DNA of 56,405 nucleotides from Vitrella brassicaformis CCMP3155 (lineage: Eukaryota > Protista > Chromerida): positions 1 to 56,405 of the forward strand of contig CDMY01000535.1 in NCBI GenBank assembly GCA_001179505.1. The letters are read 5' to 3'. Below, one piece after another: positions 25,349 to 38,045 of the stretch; within the stretch, counting starts at the first letter, position 1, and every line of letters starts with the position of its first letter. Below the pieces are notes generated by a model. It ran no database searches. It saw only the letters and a program-made list of their open reading frames with translations, and had not been told where the DNA came from. A program made the position numbers and the translations under genes.

Positions 25349-25599
25349 GTAGATGGGACAACAATCAATCAGTCCATCGTATCGTGTGGCTGATCTATCT
25401 GTGTTGCCTGCAGGCCCCACGTGCAGGTGTGTGGGTCGAGCGAGTCGTCCCAGAGGATGGCATATGCGGGGGTCTTGAGGAAGACCGGCAGCAGCCCGCG
25501 ATACTGCACATCCACCTCCAGAGGCGCAACCGTGATCTCAAACACCCCGATGGGCTCGCCGCCCTCGCCGGGCGGCAGGGCCATGGCCGATGTTCCCAT
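10603..25599 (-). CDS. C2CD3: C2CD3-like centriolar/ciliary multi-C2-domain protein with an internal EF-hand array (~15 kb, many exons, roughly 4,000 aa by estimate)
   Basis: The N-terminus ALPPGEGGEPIGVFEITV...TLLFPVCGDPAAFLSHMRDKHYLKVTV...PRGYFPIMLAEL resembles the C2CD3N-C2 domain. The last C2 domain (NATHLPL..PNAMVSY..PTWH..LLVWH..LIGVAEVPLETL..IDGYYAV..GQLRVQVS) is followed by LEELTAQHMKNMAALETIQK. The C-terminal DPQTMRLARIL resembles the C2CD3 terminal motif T-L-R-I-A-R-I-F. EF-hand-like loops include DTDNRGYLRSLD, DREGRGRIFLSE and DGQEGGWVDLTE. Confidence 0.75.
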
Positions 25600-25902
25600 C
25601 GATATCTCTCTCCCGTCGCCGCAGCCGGAGAATAAAGGATAAAGAGGAAAAGGGCAGATCAGTCACCAGGAGGAATGAAGAGTCTTGCTACTCATCTCAT
25701 CGTCCATCCATCCATATCTCCCGTCAGTCGTTCGGAAGCTGCAGCCGATGAAGGCCGTGAGCAGCCGATTCCATGGCCTTTTCGCGCTGCATTCTGCTAC
25801 AGACGCTCGCTGCATCCTGTCACCCATCAGTCACGGCTGCTTTCTCCAACGCAGCTCCTTCTTTGCGAGCTAAGCTTCCGAGGTGAAGCGTTGTTCTGCC
25901 AA

Positions 25903-28480
25903 ATGCAGCTTCATTTCATCCGCTTGGTGCTGACATGGACTCTGATCTCATGCTGGGCCACAGATGCGCTCGCCTTCCTCTCTGCTCTCGTGCGCCAAGC
26001 TGCACCACACCGGACTCGGCGGCGGAGCGTCGTCCGGGCAGCCAGCAAGGCGCACGGGGAGCACAAATCGCTCAAGGAGAGAGAGGTCCGGCAGATGCAT
26101 CGACAAAAGAGGAAGATCTGTGCATCTGCGCTTGTGTGTGTGTCTGGCTTGTGGCGTCAATATATTCCATTAGGGTCTGAAGCTGAAGCCCACGGTGTGG
26201 ACGGAGTTCCAGGGGCTGGCAAGGGAGACCCAGGCCGTCAACCTGGGCCAGGGCTTCCCCAACTGGCAGCCGCCCTCATTCGTTCTCGCCGCTGCACATG
26301 GAGGTTCGTGAAGAAGGTTATCTCACTCAGCTGAGATGTGGTGGGCCGCTGGATGTGTGTGTGTGTGTGTGTTGTGCAGCGTTGACCGGTCCTCATCACC
26401 AGTACACTCGGACAGCCGGCCATCCCCCTCTGGTGGAGCTGCTCGCAGAGAAATACTCGCGACACTTTGACAGGTGCGTCGTACACGCGACGGACGATGC
26501 AGCCACGTGTGTGTGTGTGTGTGTGTGTGTTTGCAGGGATATCGACGCCGACACTGAGGTGGCGGTGACGATCGGCGCCTCCCAGGCCCTCTACGTGGCC
26601 ATGCAGAGCCTCCTCTCGGCAGGCGATGAGGTCATCCTGATGGAACCTTTCTTCAACCTCTACGACGTACGTAAGAAGCTGTCCCAGACACACAACACAC
26701 CCAAACCCACACCACACTCGCAATCCAATCAATCGACAGAGAGAGTGAGAGTGTGTGTGGATGTGATGTCACTCATCAGGGCCAGGTGCGTCTGGCAGGT
26801 GGTGTGCCGCGTTATGTGCCGATGGACTGGCGTGAGGGCAGTGGTGGGCAGCGGGGCAGCTGGAGGGTCGACTTCGATGTCCTCAGACAACAGATCAACC
26901 CACTGTGAGTAAGCCACACAGATAAGGGAAGGGAGGAGGCCGGTGCCGTCGAGTCGAGCATACTGTGTGTGGTGTGGTCAGGACGCGATTGATCATCCTC
27001 AACACGCCGCAGAACCCCTCAGGCAAAGTCTGGGAGAGGTGGGCAGGGCACGCACACACACACACACACACTCACCCTCGTTTGTGTGTGCCATCCATCC
27101 ATCCATCCATATCAGGTCTGAGCTCGAGGAGCTGGCGTCGATCGTCCGTGAGCACCCCAACCTGATGGTCATATCAGACGAGGTCTACAAATTCATGGTC
27201 TTCGACGAACCATCACAAACAGCAGCAGCATCACCACTACCAGCAGCATCAGCAGGAGAGGCAGATTCCGACAGCAGCGATGACGGCGAGGGCGAGTACA
27301 GGGGCAAGCCCGCCGGGCACATCCACTTCGCGTCTCTCCCTGACATGTGGGAGCGCACCCTCACCGTATCCAGCGCTGGTAAATAACCCTCCACACACAC
27401 ACACACACACACGCACACACGCGGGATCAAGGCATTGCGTGTGTGTTTGGCGGTTTATCGGATGCTTTGCAGGCAAGACGTTCAGCATCACGGGGTGGCA
27501 GGTCGGTTGGCTCGTGGGGCCGGCCCAGTGGCTGACGAGGGTGCAGCTGCGGCTCCCCTTTATGCAGTTCTGCGCACCCACACCACTGCAACAGGCCCTC
27601 TGCAACGTGCGGACGAACGCGTCAACTCACACCAGACAGACAGACAGACAGACAAAGGGGCTGGCTGATGTGTGTGGATGTGTGTGCAGATACTCACAGA
27701 GGCCAGCGAGCCGTACCGCGAGTTCTCGACCTACTACGACTGGCTCAGACACGAGTACCAAGACAAACAGGCAGGGAGGCGCACACACACACACATCCAT
27801 CCCCCCATATCTGTCGGTCGGCGATCGGATCTGTGGTCAGGGCAAGTTGTGTGCGGCGCTTGAGAGGGCGGGCATCGAGGCCCGGCCCGGCAACGGGGGC
27901 TTCTTCGTCATGGCAGAAATACACGTGGGTGTGTTGGGTATGCGGCTGCATTGCATCCATCGGCACGTCGCATAGCGTAGACAGCCGGCTGCTTGTGTGT
28001 GTGTGTGTGTCAGAACATCGCTGTGCCTGACCATTACCTGAGGGAGGGCACCCCCGCCAGACCCGAGATGACCAGGGACTGGGCCTTCTGCAGGTCTGTA
28101 CACCACACCGCCCGCTCCAGTCCGATGTGTGGCTTATGTCTGTCAAGTGTCCAGGTGGTTGGCCAAGGAGATCGGTGTGGTGGCCATTCCGGCCTCGGCC
28201 TTCTACTCGATGGAGAACAGACATAGAGGGGAAAACCTCGTCAGACTCGCTTTCTGCAAAACCGACGACGTCCTCGACGAAGCTGCCAGGTCAGGTGGAC
28301 GGACACACCACATCACCCACCCTACCATCCCACTCACACACATGAGTGCTCTCTCTCTCTCTCTGTGTGTGTGTGTCTAGGCGTCTGGAGCGTGTCGCAG
28401 AGTTCCGTCGCCTGGACAGCGGTGCGAGCAGTGCCCACACACTCACTGTCACTGGAGCCCTCCGGGGTGAGGTGACCTGA
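25903..28480 (+). CDS. PLP-dependent aminotransferase class I/II (kynurenine aminotransferase / glutamine transaminase K type), predicted plastid-targeted
   Basis: Motifs TVWTEF..LA..AVNLGQGFP, HQYTRTAGHPPL, EVILMEPFF, LNTPQNPSGKV, ISDEVY, SSAGKTFSITGW (PLP lysine) and VRLAFCK. The leader MQLHFIRLVLTWTLISCWATDALA-F... is a signal peptide with Phe at +1, followed by an Arg/Ser-rich transit segment. Confidence 0.92.
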
Positions 28481-29450
28481 GCCAGACAGAGCCGATGTGG
28501 TGTGGTGGGCGGGGGACCGTGCTGTGGGGCGGTGTGGTGTGGCGGGTGGGCCTGTATAGCTGAGTGAGAGCATGGTGAGGCTGATGCCTATCTGGTCTGC
28601 TGTGGGACAGACAACTATGTGGTGGTGTGTGGTGTGACGCGAAGCGAACGACACTTGTGGTGCGTGTGCCATGATCGTGTGTGTATAGCTGCCTGCTTTG
28701 ACACTAAGCGAGTGCCCGGCCGCACTAAAGCTCGTTGTTGAAGCTTCGATGCGCTGCGCTGCTCATGCGTGTGTGTCTCTCCAGTCCGATCCATCCATCC
28801 GTATGTCTCTGTTGCTCTCGCTCGCTATCATACCTCTCCGAACAGACAGGCAGCCAGGCCACTTGCACCCAGACACACACTCACACACGGGGCAGAGAGA
28901 TAGCATGAGACGAAGTAGCCAGCCAGCCAGCCAACCGGACGTCGTGTAGGAGGGTGCTGCGTCGTGTGCGTCAAGGGCTGATGCCGTCGGTCAGCCAGGC
29001 ATAGCATACTGTCATCTCAGCTTATCTGATCTGCCTTCTACCTTGCCGTCACACATCCATCCATCCATCCATCCACTCTTCCAGACAGACAGACAGACAG
29101 TCAGCCAGGCGGCCCGTCAGGTGGGCAAAGAAAAAATCCCAACACACACACCAGCCAGCCAGCCATCCGGTGCATTGAAAGTCGCCCTCTTATCTGTCTG
29201 GATCTCCCCCTCTATCTCTCTCTCCCTGTCCCTCCCTGCCGCCTCTCTCTGTTCTCAGTCACGCTAACGAGAAGATACAATATGCAATCAATCCTCCAGT
29301 CAGTCAGTCAGTCAGTCTGCCTATCAGTCATATCAGCCCCCCCGCCCCTCGCCCTTAATTCGGTGGGTGTGGTGGGTGGATCAATCAAACTACACTGTCG
29401 ATCGTTGCAATGCATGCACTGGAATGAAATGTGTGTGTGTGTGTGGATGG

Positions 29451-32400
29451 CTAGACGAAGAGCGATAGTGCGCGTGCTGCTGCGGCCTGGCAGATGGGGC
29501 AGAGACGATCTTCCGCCTGAGTCCGGCTCATGATGTTGTTGGAGCACTGCTGGCACACGCACAGGTGTCTCTGAGACACACACCACCACACACATAACCT
29601 CTCTCTCAGAGCGCTTGTGTGTCTGGCCTGTTCTTTTCTCACACATGGAAGGAAAGCGACGCACTTGTCCCGCTCGAAGCAGACGCAGCACTGCTGCTTC
29701 TCATCGTGCTTGTCTTTGGCCTCCTTCAGCTGCGCATCGGCCTCCTTCTTGATCTGGTCATTCTCCGCCTGCATTGTGTCCTGGACCGTCCTCAGGTGCT
29801 CCTGGAAGTGCCGCTCCCGCTCCTTGGTCTGGAGGTCCGTCTGCTTCACCATCTCCTGCATCTGCTGCTCCATCATCTGGGCCTTGCAGTTGGCGGCGGC
29901 GGCCTTCTGGTTGGCAAAGGCGACGCGGAAGTCCGTGGCGCGGTCTTTGAGCTTCTCCATGTGCTTCGCGACGTGCCTGCTGGCTTGCGTCAGCTGTTCC
30001 AATCGAGCCTCGTCGTGGAGGGACTGGATCTCCTGCTGCACGGCGTCAGTCATCTGGCCCTCACTGCTATGACTGCACACACACAGAGACAGGAAGAGAG
30101 AGAGACGTGACGCCCATGACACCCCCCACCCACCCCCCATGTGTCTCTGTCCTCTTTCGACTCACCCGAACTGCAAACTCATTGCGGCAACGTACTCCCG
30201 CTGAAGCTGCGCCAACATGTCCCCTCCACCCACACCCACACCCACACCCACACCCCAGCCGCCAGCCACTCCCTGCCCCATCTGCACCTGCTGCTGCTGC
30301 TGCTGCATCGGCTGCTGCATCATGTCTAAGGACGACCCGCTGTGCGAGAAGTGTCCACTCTGGAAGGGCGTGCCCGGGGATGCCGACGGAGACGCACCAG
30401 CGGGCGGTAGGGGGCCGGATGGGATCATGCCTGGGGGTCCAGCGCCAGGGGGCACCATGCCCGGGGGCGCGGTATGCATGAAGGAGGGAGAGGGGCCGGG
30501 CTGCTGGTACGGAGCTGCTGCCACGTTCTGAGAAAACCTGCATACACACAGAGAGAGACCAGAGATGCAGCGTGGCGTCGCGTGGCGTGGGTGTCCATCC
30601 AACCATCCATCCCAGTGTGTGTGTGTGTGTGTGTGTTGCTGGTGCCTTACTGCTGGTTCGCGAACGGCGGCTGCATCTCAGGGGAGGGCTGGGGATGGCC
30701 GTACTGCTGCTGCTGCTGCTGGCGTGGGGCCTGCTGCTGATGGCGCACGGGGCACACAATGTGCTCTCGAAGATGCTCCTGCTGTGCGTGCAGCTCAGCT
30801 GCATGGCCAATCCCAATCCCCATGTCCATCCCGCCATAGCCCGGCTTGCCCACAGCCATGCCGCCCGTGTGCATGATGCCCCCAGGGATGAAGGGCTTTG
30901 TGTCGTGTGTGAGGTGGTGCGGGCCGGGTGAGCCGCCGAGCGATGAGGTGGAGGGGAGGGAGCCATCGGCGTGGTACATGTTGGGCTGGAGCATGAGAAG
31001 GTTGTGGAGGTTGCTGGAGGCGAGACTCGGCGACGAGGCGGACGGCTGGTCGCCGGAGCACGAACCGTTACCCCTACACGGCACGACACACAAAGAGAGA
31101 TAAAGTGCGTGGTGCTTTCGTGTGTCTGTCCTTCTTTGTGTGTGGTGTGTGTGCAAGGCTTACACGTCCTCCTGCTGAGTCGGTTCCTGAGCCTCTCCCT
31201 CTTCCTCGTCAAACATGTTACCTTGAAACTCAGGGACCTCCTCACCCTCACCCTCACCCTCCTCACCACCGACGCCCTCGCCATATTCGCCACCATACCC
31301 CTGCTGGTCGTCTACCTGGTCGTGGTCATCGAAGGCCACACGCAGAGGCTGCTCGCCATCGCTATGCTGCCAGGGGGAATGGGCCATCTCAGGCACCGCC
31401 GCCGCGGCCGCAGCAGCGGGGGGGAATGTGGGTGCGCGGGATGGGTGGGCGTACTCGCCGCTATTGCCGTGGTTGTCGTCACCAAAGTTGCCCCACCCAT
31501 CACCCTCACCCTCACCCACCGCCACGCCCACACCCAAACCTTGCTGCTGCTGCTGCTCCTCGTGCACCGTGTCGCCCTGCTGCACCTCCTCGGTGTCGTC
31601 GAGGTTGCTGCTGGTGGAGGGCCCAGGGTGGACCAGGTCGTCCCGCTCGTGGTCTTGGTCTTGCTCCTGGTCGTCCTCCTGCTGCTCGTTCTCGTGGTCG
31701 TCATCCTGCTCCTGCTCATGGTCTTGGTCGTCGGCGTCGGGAGTGTTGGCGGCATCTGGGTGCTTGGGCCCCTTGTTCTTGGCCCCGCCCCGCTTGCCGA
31801 ACTTCTTCTTGCCTTTGCGCTTCTTCTCGCCCCCACCCCCTGGCTGCTGCGGCTGGTTGGGCTGGTTCTTGGCTTTGGGGTTGTTGACCCCACCGCCACT
31901 ACCGGCAGCAGCTGCAGCAGCAGCCCCCTCCAGAGCGAGGAGCTCCGCTTCGGCCCGCTTGGCCCTGGCCTCGTCCTTCGCTCGTTTCTGCAACTCCTTC
32001 TCGACCTCCTCGGGCGACTTCTGCTTGTCCTTCTCTGGTCCCGCCTCGCGACGCTCCTTGTCGCGCTGCTCGTATCTGCGCTGCAGGCGGGCCACGGTCT
32101 CGCCACGGGGGGCGGCCTTGGGCTGCTGCTGACACACACCAACACACAAAGACACAAACACAACACACAAGATGGCAGACGTCAATGCCATGTGGCTGGG
32201 GAGTGGGCGTGGCGTACCTCGGCGAAGGCATGGAGGACGTCCTTGTCTTGGACGGCCCCGCTGCGCAGCTGCTGCATCAAGGCGCCAGAGGGGTCCCTGA
32301 CACACAAAACAGCACACACAGAGAGAGACACGATAGGTGGATGAGGTCCTCCCTCCCTCTCTCCCTCCCTCCCTCAGGCTCGCCCCAACGTGGCTCACTT

Positions 32401-35400
32401 GTCATCGGGTGCGGGTTGCTTGCCGGCCTTGCCGCCGCCACCGGTGAGCGGCAGTCGGCTGGCCCGGCGCAGTTGGTCGGTGGGGTCTAGCTTGAGATAG
32501 CGGTCGTACTGCTCCATCAGCTGCGTGAAATCCATGGCCCCATCCAGCCACGGAAACGCCCAACGAATCGTGCTAACTGCAGTGCACACACCATCATTCA
32601 TCCATCCATCCATCGACACAGAGAGAGGGAATATGTCTGTGTCCGGCTCTGTGGATGTCTCTCTCTCTCCCTCTCTCTGTGGGGGAGCGAGGGAGTGCTC
32701 TCACTCACATACCGTCCACATTGTCCGCCACAGGAGTGCATCGCCGCAGCTCGTCCAGCAGGAAGACGGACCCCTTGCAGCTGTTGGTGAAGCCGTTGAG
32801 GGTCACGTACCGCCCGAAGATGGCCAGTGGCGCCACGTCGTTGTTGAGCTTCTCACTCGAGGCCGGCTCCTGCTGCCGCCCTTTGTCCAGCATGTTGAAG
32901 CTTTCCTCGACCTGTCTGTATAGCAACGGCGTCACTGTAGTGGGCTCCATACGACTCTGCACACACAGAGAGAGGGAGAATGGCGGCATGTGGGTGGGGG
33001 GAGGGTGCGTGTCCGTGTTGGGAGTTTACGAGTGCGAGGAATGACACGACTTCGTAGTAGAGGTTGTCCGTGAGGCGTCGGTACTCTGCGGCGTTGGCCT
33101 CGTTGTTGAAGGAGCCCAGCGTCATGCACTCGTACAATGTGATCGCCTGCACACCATCACCACCACACACCACCACACACAAACAGAGAAATGAGGATCC
33201 ACATGCACACACACGCATCCCTCTCCCTCTCTGACTCTCTCTCTCTCTCTGTCTCCCTCTTCCTCGGCGTGTGTGTACCTACCTGTTCGATGGTGGTTGA
33301 GTAGCGTCGCGGCGCCATGGTGTGGTTGGGCGTCATGTCAGGTATCATGAGCATGCGGCTGAGCATGGGCATGGAGAACATGACGTCCGGCCGGGCCTCC
33401 GCAATGCGCTCGTTGATGGTGTAGCCGCGCGTGTACGGCTTGCGCAACGGGGTGAACATCTTCATATACCTGACACACACAGATGGACACACAGAGAGAG
33501 GAAGAGAGATGGACGCGCGGTGTCTGTGTCTGTGTGTGACGGGAGTGGGTGCCTACGCTAGCATGATCTCCGGCTGCGATGCGTTCTCCAACAAGTCGGC
33601 AAACTGAGCCACTGAACACACAAAACACCGAGCACACAAACCGCACGCAACACATTGATGATACCGCACATGGCTCCCATCTACCCCCCTCTCTCTCTCA
33701 GTGTCGACTTACGTGAGGCGTCGATGCCATAGATGGTGCGGATGGTGAGGAGGCTGCCCATGAGGCCCACCCGCCCAGTGGGCCACTGGGTGCACCCTGA
33801 GTCGTAGCCCATGTGCTCGTTGACCGCGTCGGCGATCCCCTGGGCCTCGTCGCTCGACAGCGGGCTGTTGTCGTGACCAAACTCATCCTATAACCAACAC
33901 ACAACACACACACACATGGATGGATGGATGGATGTCTCCCTCCCTCCCCCTCCCCCCTCTCGCCCACCCACCAGTGTCTCGAGGATAGCGACGAGGAAGT
34001 GCCAGGCGATGTGCGGCTCCCCCTCGGTGGCGAGTTCCTCCATCTTCATGCCGAGGAAGAGGCAGTCGTTATACAAGGCGCCCATGACCTTGCGGTAGCA
34101 GCTCGTGTACGGCTCGGTGCCGGGGGCGTCGTGCATGCGACAGAGGTCCCCACACAGCTGGTCGAAGGCACGCTGGTACGCCGACATGCGGTCGCTGTCG
34201 GGCGGACGAGTGGGGGTGATGTGCTTGGGCACCGGCGACGCCAGAGGGGGCAGCTCCTTGCCTTCAAACAACGCCATGCGACTGCATACACCACACCCAC
34301 ACACATAACACCACACACGACACAGAGGAGAAACGGTGTCTTTGGGTGGTGGGTGTGAGGGAGAGGGCTGTGTGTGTGAGTGTGTTGGTTACGCCTGGAC
34401 GGATGCGCGCAGTTCCTCTGTGGCTGAGAGTGTCTCGGTGTCCTTCATCTCCTTCTTGAAGGTGGGGAACTGGGTGGTGGGGTGGTTCACGTCGTCTATC
34501 AAGATCTTGACTATGTCATCTGCACACACACACGCCACAACGCACACACAACACACACACAAAGAGATGATGCCCACCACACACACACACACCTCCCCCT
34601 CTCCCACTTACCCGGCCAGCACCACCCCGTGACCCTCTGGAGCATGAGCTGCGTGTTCTTCACGTCGTAGTAGCCCCGCACCACCTCACGGAAGTTGGCG
34701 AAGATGTCATGCCGGAACAGCATGGGGAAGAACCCCGTGTGGTCGAGGGGCCCCTTGGATGGCGTCCCGCGGCCGTAGGGCAGGGGGGATGGCTTGGGAT
34801 TCTCCTTGGCGATGGGTACCAGCCGCTCCACCAGGGCCTTGGTGCGGTCCATCGCACACTGCCACGGCTCGTACAGACGCTCCTCCTTGCTAGGACGATT
34901 CGCAGCACCACCCTGCACACACCACACACCACACCACCACACACAACACAACACACCACCACACACATCTCTTCCCACGTGTGCAGACGTCTCCCTCTCT
35001 CCCCCTCCCCACCCGCACTCACCGCTAGCACAAAGCAGGCGGCCCGTAGGTCTAGCTGCGCCTGGACGGAGTCCTCCGTGCCCAGGTTGAGTTTGTGCTC
35101 TATCTTGCTGAGCAGCTCGTCCACCTTGGGCAGCACCTCCTGCTCCAGCTGCTCGAACCCCGCCTGGTTGTTGCCCTCCATCATCATGTTACGCGGCTGG
35201 TGGAACGCCCCCTTGCGAGGGTAGTTGCGGCGGGGCGCTGGCGTCTGGCTGCGCGGGCTGTCGGGTGACGAGTTCTCGTCGGGCGAGGGGGCGCGGGAAC
35301 GCTTCTCGGCAGGCTGGACGGCTGAGGGGGTCACCTCGGCTGCCGCTGCCGCCAGCGCACCTGTAGCGGAAGACGATTCCTGTTGCTGGTGAGGGTTCTG

Positions 35401-35894
35401 GGGGTGCTGGTGATCTTCGTGGGCGGCAGCGTTGTTGGATGCACCCTCCTCAGTCTGCTGGGCGGAGGGGTTTGTGTGCCCGACAGCCCTACAAGGACAA
35501 TACAGGAGACACCACACAGATCTCGTTGAAATGCGTCCATGGAATCCGTTTTCCTTTCATGAAATGCTCATCTGTGCCCTCCCGCCCTCCCCTGTGTGCC
35601 CTTTCTCACCGTCTGTTTGGTATGGGCTGCGGTGCAGCCCTCGAGTCGGGGTTTGTGTCCTTCATGGCCTTCTCCGACGCGAGTGAACCGTCAGAATCGT
35701 GATGGGACTGTTGAAATCGCGATGGGTCATCCGAGTGCTCGTCCCTCTCCCCTCCGCACAGCAACTCCAGCAGGTCTCCCCCTGCGTACACACATGTCAG
35801 AGTCAGACGGACACTCCATGACGGCTTCGCCGGGGGCCGGGCGCTTACCATCTTGTGGCGCTCGAGCCGCCTTTCTCTCACAGCAATTGCCCAT
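29451..35894 (-). CDS. Large (~1,580 aa, 18 exons) protein with a C-terminal C3HC4 RING, coiled coil and predicted N-terminal acylation motif; putative E3 ligase
   Basis: All 17 junctions were checked and are phase-compatible from MGNCCERKAARAPQD to CCVCFERDKCVAFLPC|RHLCVCQQCSNNIMSRTQAEDRLCPICQAAAARALSLFV*. The start codon is uncertain because the frame stays open upstream. Confidence 0.8.
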
Positions 35895-36631
35895 TCTCGT
35901 GTGCGTGCTGGGTGGGGGCTGGGGGGCGAGCTTTGGGTGTTGGACGCTCAGGAAGAAACAGGGAAACGAGGGAGTCCGCCCGTCAGGGAATGACCGGGCA
36001 GCCAGATAGTCGCCCACCATGACACCGGCATGGCAAAAGGATGCCATTTGGCTGACGATCGCCACCAGCACCATGCGATGCTGCACACTATCCTCCGCCC
36101 ACCGCCCCTCCGCCGCCATGAACCTGCGCGCACACAGAAGGCAGCAGACACACCATATGGCCAGATTCATCCGTTGCACTGAGATCTCCCACTCTCTGGC
36201 AGCCACCCGCCCTTGAGGAGTGCGTACAGGTCAGATACACCCACCTTCTTGCTGCTATGGCCGCCGACACGAGGCCCAGAAAACTCCGCCACCACTGAAT
36301 GGAGCCATCGCTCCGCGCCCTCCCTTCCTCCCTCGACTCTTGTGGCCCGGCCGCAGCAGTACGGAGGAAAACGAGAAGAGCGGGAAGATTTGAAAAAGCG
36401 AGCTCAGAAAGAGAGATCCCGGAAAAGGTAAGACGATACCGGCGTTCGCGAAGCGCCGCGGCGCCGTGGCGCGCCGCGAGGCGCCATGACACAGAGCAGC
36501 TCAGCACTTGGAAGCGCCAGAGCGCCAAAAGAGAGAGAGTCCAACGGCAGCATCGGCGTCACGGCAACGTTCCAGCCATTCACCAGTCTGGAGCGGAGCG
36601 CTGCTGCGAGTTGCAAACGGTGGTTCTATCA

Positions 36632-36770
36632 GCCAACAACCTGTTTGGTCGGCCTGCAACACCCATTCGTTGCTTGGCAGCTCGGCCAACAACCCTTCGG
36701 TTGGCCGCATCACCCATCTGTTGCTTCCCAGCTGGGCGGCCAGCGGCCCATTCGGTGGCTATTTTGTTCG
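36632..36770. repeat. Degenerate ~53-54 bp tandem repeat (about 2.5-3 units)
   Basis: Units start at gccaacaacc (36632), gccaacaacc (36685) and gccagcggccc (36739), and share acccat(t/c)..gttgctt..cagct.gg. Confidence 0.6.
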
Positions 36771-38045
36771 GTGGATGCAACACCGATTCGTCGCTTCGCA
36801 GCCCGGCCACTGCCGCGCAGCGTCCACTCAGGTTCTTCTCATGGTTTGTGCTTCTGGTGAGGTGATTCTGCTGCGATTTGGCATGGACCATGCAGGCACT
36901 TACATTCCTCTGCTGGCCATAGTTCGGTGGACACTGTGACAAACACACGGTAGAAAGACACATGCACTCTGTCTTCCATCAGCCGTCCCAAATGCATCTC
37001 CTCTCATTCTTTCAGCCATGTGTCAGGCAGGCCGCATGAATCTGGATGGCTTACCGAGACAGGGGGCCAGCTTCCAGGGTAAGACACGGCGTGATTGACT
37101 GCAGGATATGCTGAGGAGCTTTCTCTCTACTTGCCTGGAGTCTGCCGGACGTCTGGGATAGTTCTGCGGGCAGACACGGAGAGAGACACACAAAGCAAAC
37201 AGAGAGACACAGGCATTGTGTTTTCCCTCAGCTGTCTCAACGGCATCTTTTTATTCTTTCAGCCTCGAATGTGAATGCCTTACCGACCAAGAGAAGCCAA
37301 GAAGCCAGCGTCTGTCAGTACACAGTGGGCTTTCGGGGTTGAAGTGATTGACACCAGTGGGGGAGATGCTGAGAAGGCAATGCAGAGGGAATTCAGCGGC
37401 AGCTCGCGGCACTCGAGACGCTGAACAACAACAGGAAGACGGCTCCTGCCGGAGTCCCCTTGCACCCCTGGGAGACCATGGGATGGCACTCCGTTCTGAC
37501 CCTGATCTTGATCAACCCTTAGCTACCCTTAGCTCGACACCCCTTACACGCAGAGACACGACAATAAGTGCACATCGCTTCCACAGCAAGACGAAGATAA
37601 ACTTCATTTGTACCAACAGATAGAGCCGCGTATAAGCCTCAAGAGAATGCTCTCTAGACAAGGGCCAGCAACTTTGTCGTTTTGTAGTGGCCAGCACAGT
37701 GCACCATCGCCAAGTAGTGGGGGACGCTGAGCCACCCCCATTGCCTAGCGATAGTACTGTCAGTGAGGCTCGGCGCCTCATGACGCCTAGCGGGGCGTCG
37801 GCGTTGGTGCACGGAAGTCGCATGTGTAAATTTTTGCTTCCACTTATCTGAGCATTTACTGCAGACGCCTCTCATCTTCGCATAGATGTCCGCCGGGCAC
37901 GTGGCGTGTGCAGAGGCCATCAATGAATGATGTGGACATGAATTCTTTTGACAAGCATATAGGCCCACTTTGTGCAAACTGAGATCCCTGACCTCGCTCC
38001 GTCCCTAGCCGCGCCTGCATGAATATGTGTACCCAGGATGTCCAC

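Noticed and set aside
30971-32344. 457 aa plus-strand hydrophobic ORF (LLVLVVV...) that looks like a membrane protein
   Set aside because: It is the antisense shadow of the acidic Asp/Glu/Gln-rich exon of the minus-strand RING gene, which has compatible splice sites on both sides.
32296-32400. Apparent end of the RING gene at ...PDDK* suggesting two separate genes
   Set aside because: The AA|GTGAG donor joins in phase 2 to G GAC CCC TCT (KDPSGALMQQ...), so the frame continues.
36213-36431. Plus-strand basic ORF ending at a GTAAG donor-like site
   Set aside because: I could not find a compatible upstream start or downstream exon, so the support is insufficient.
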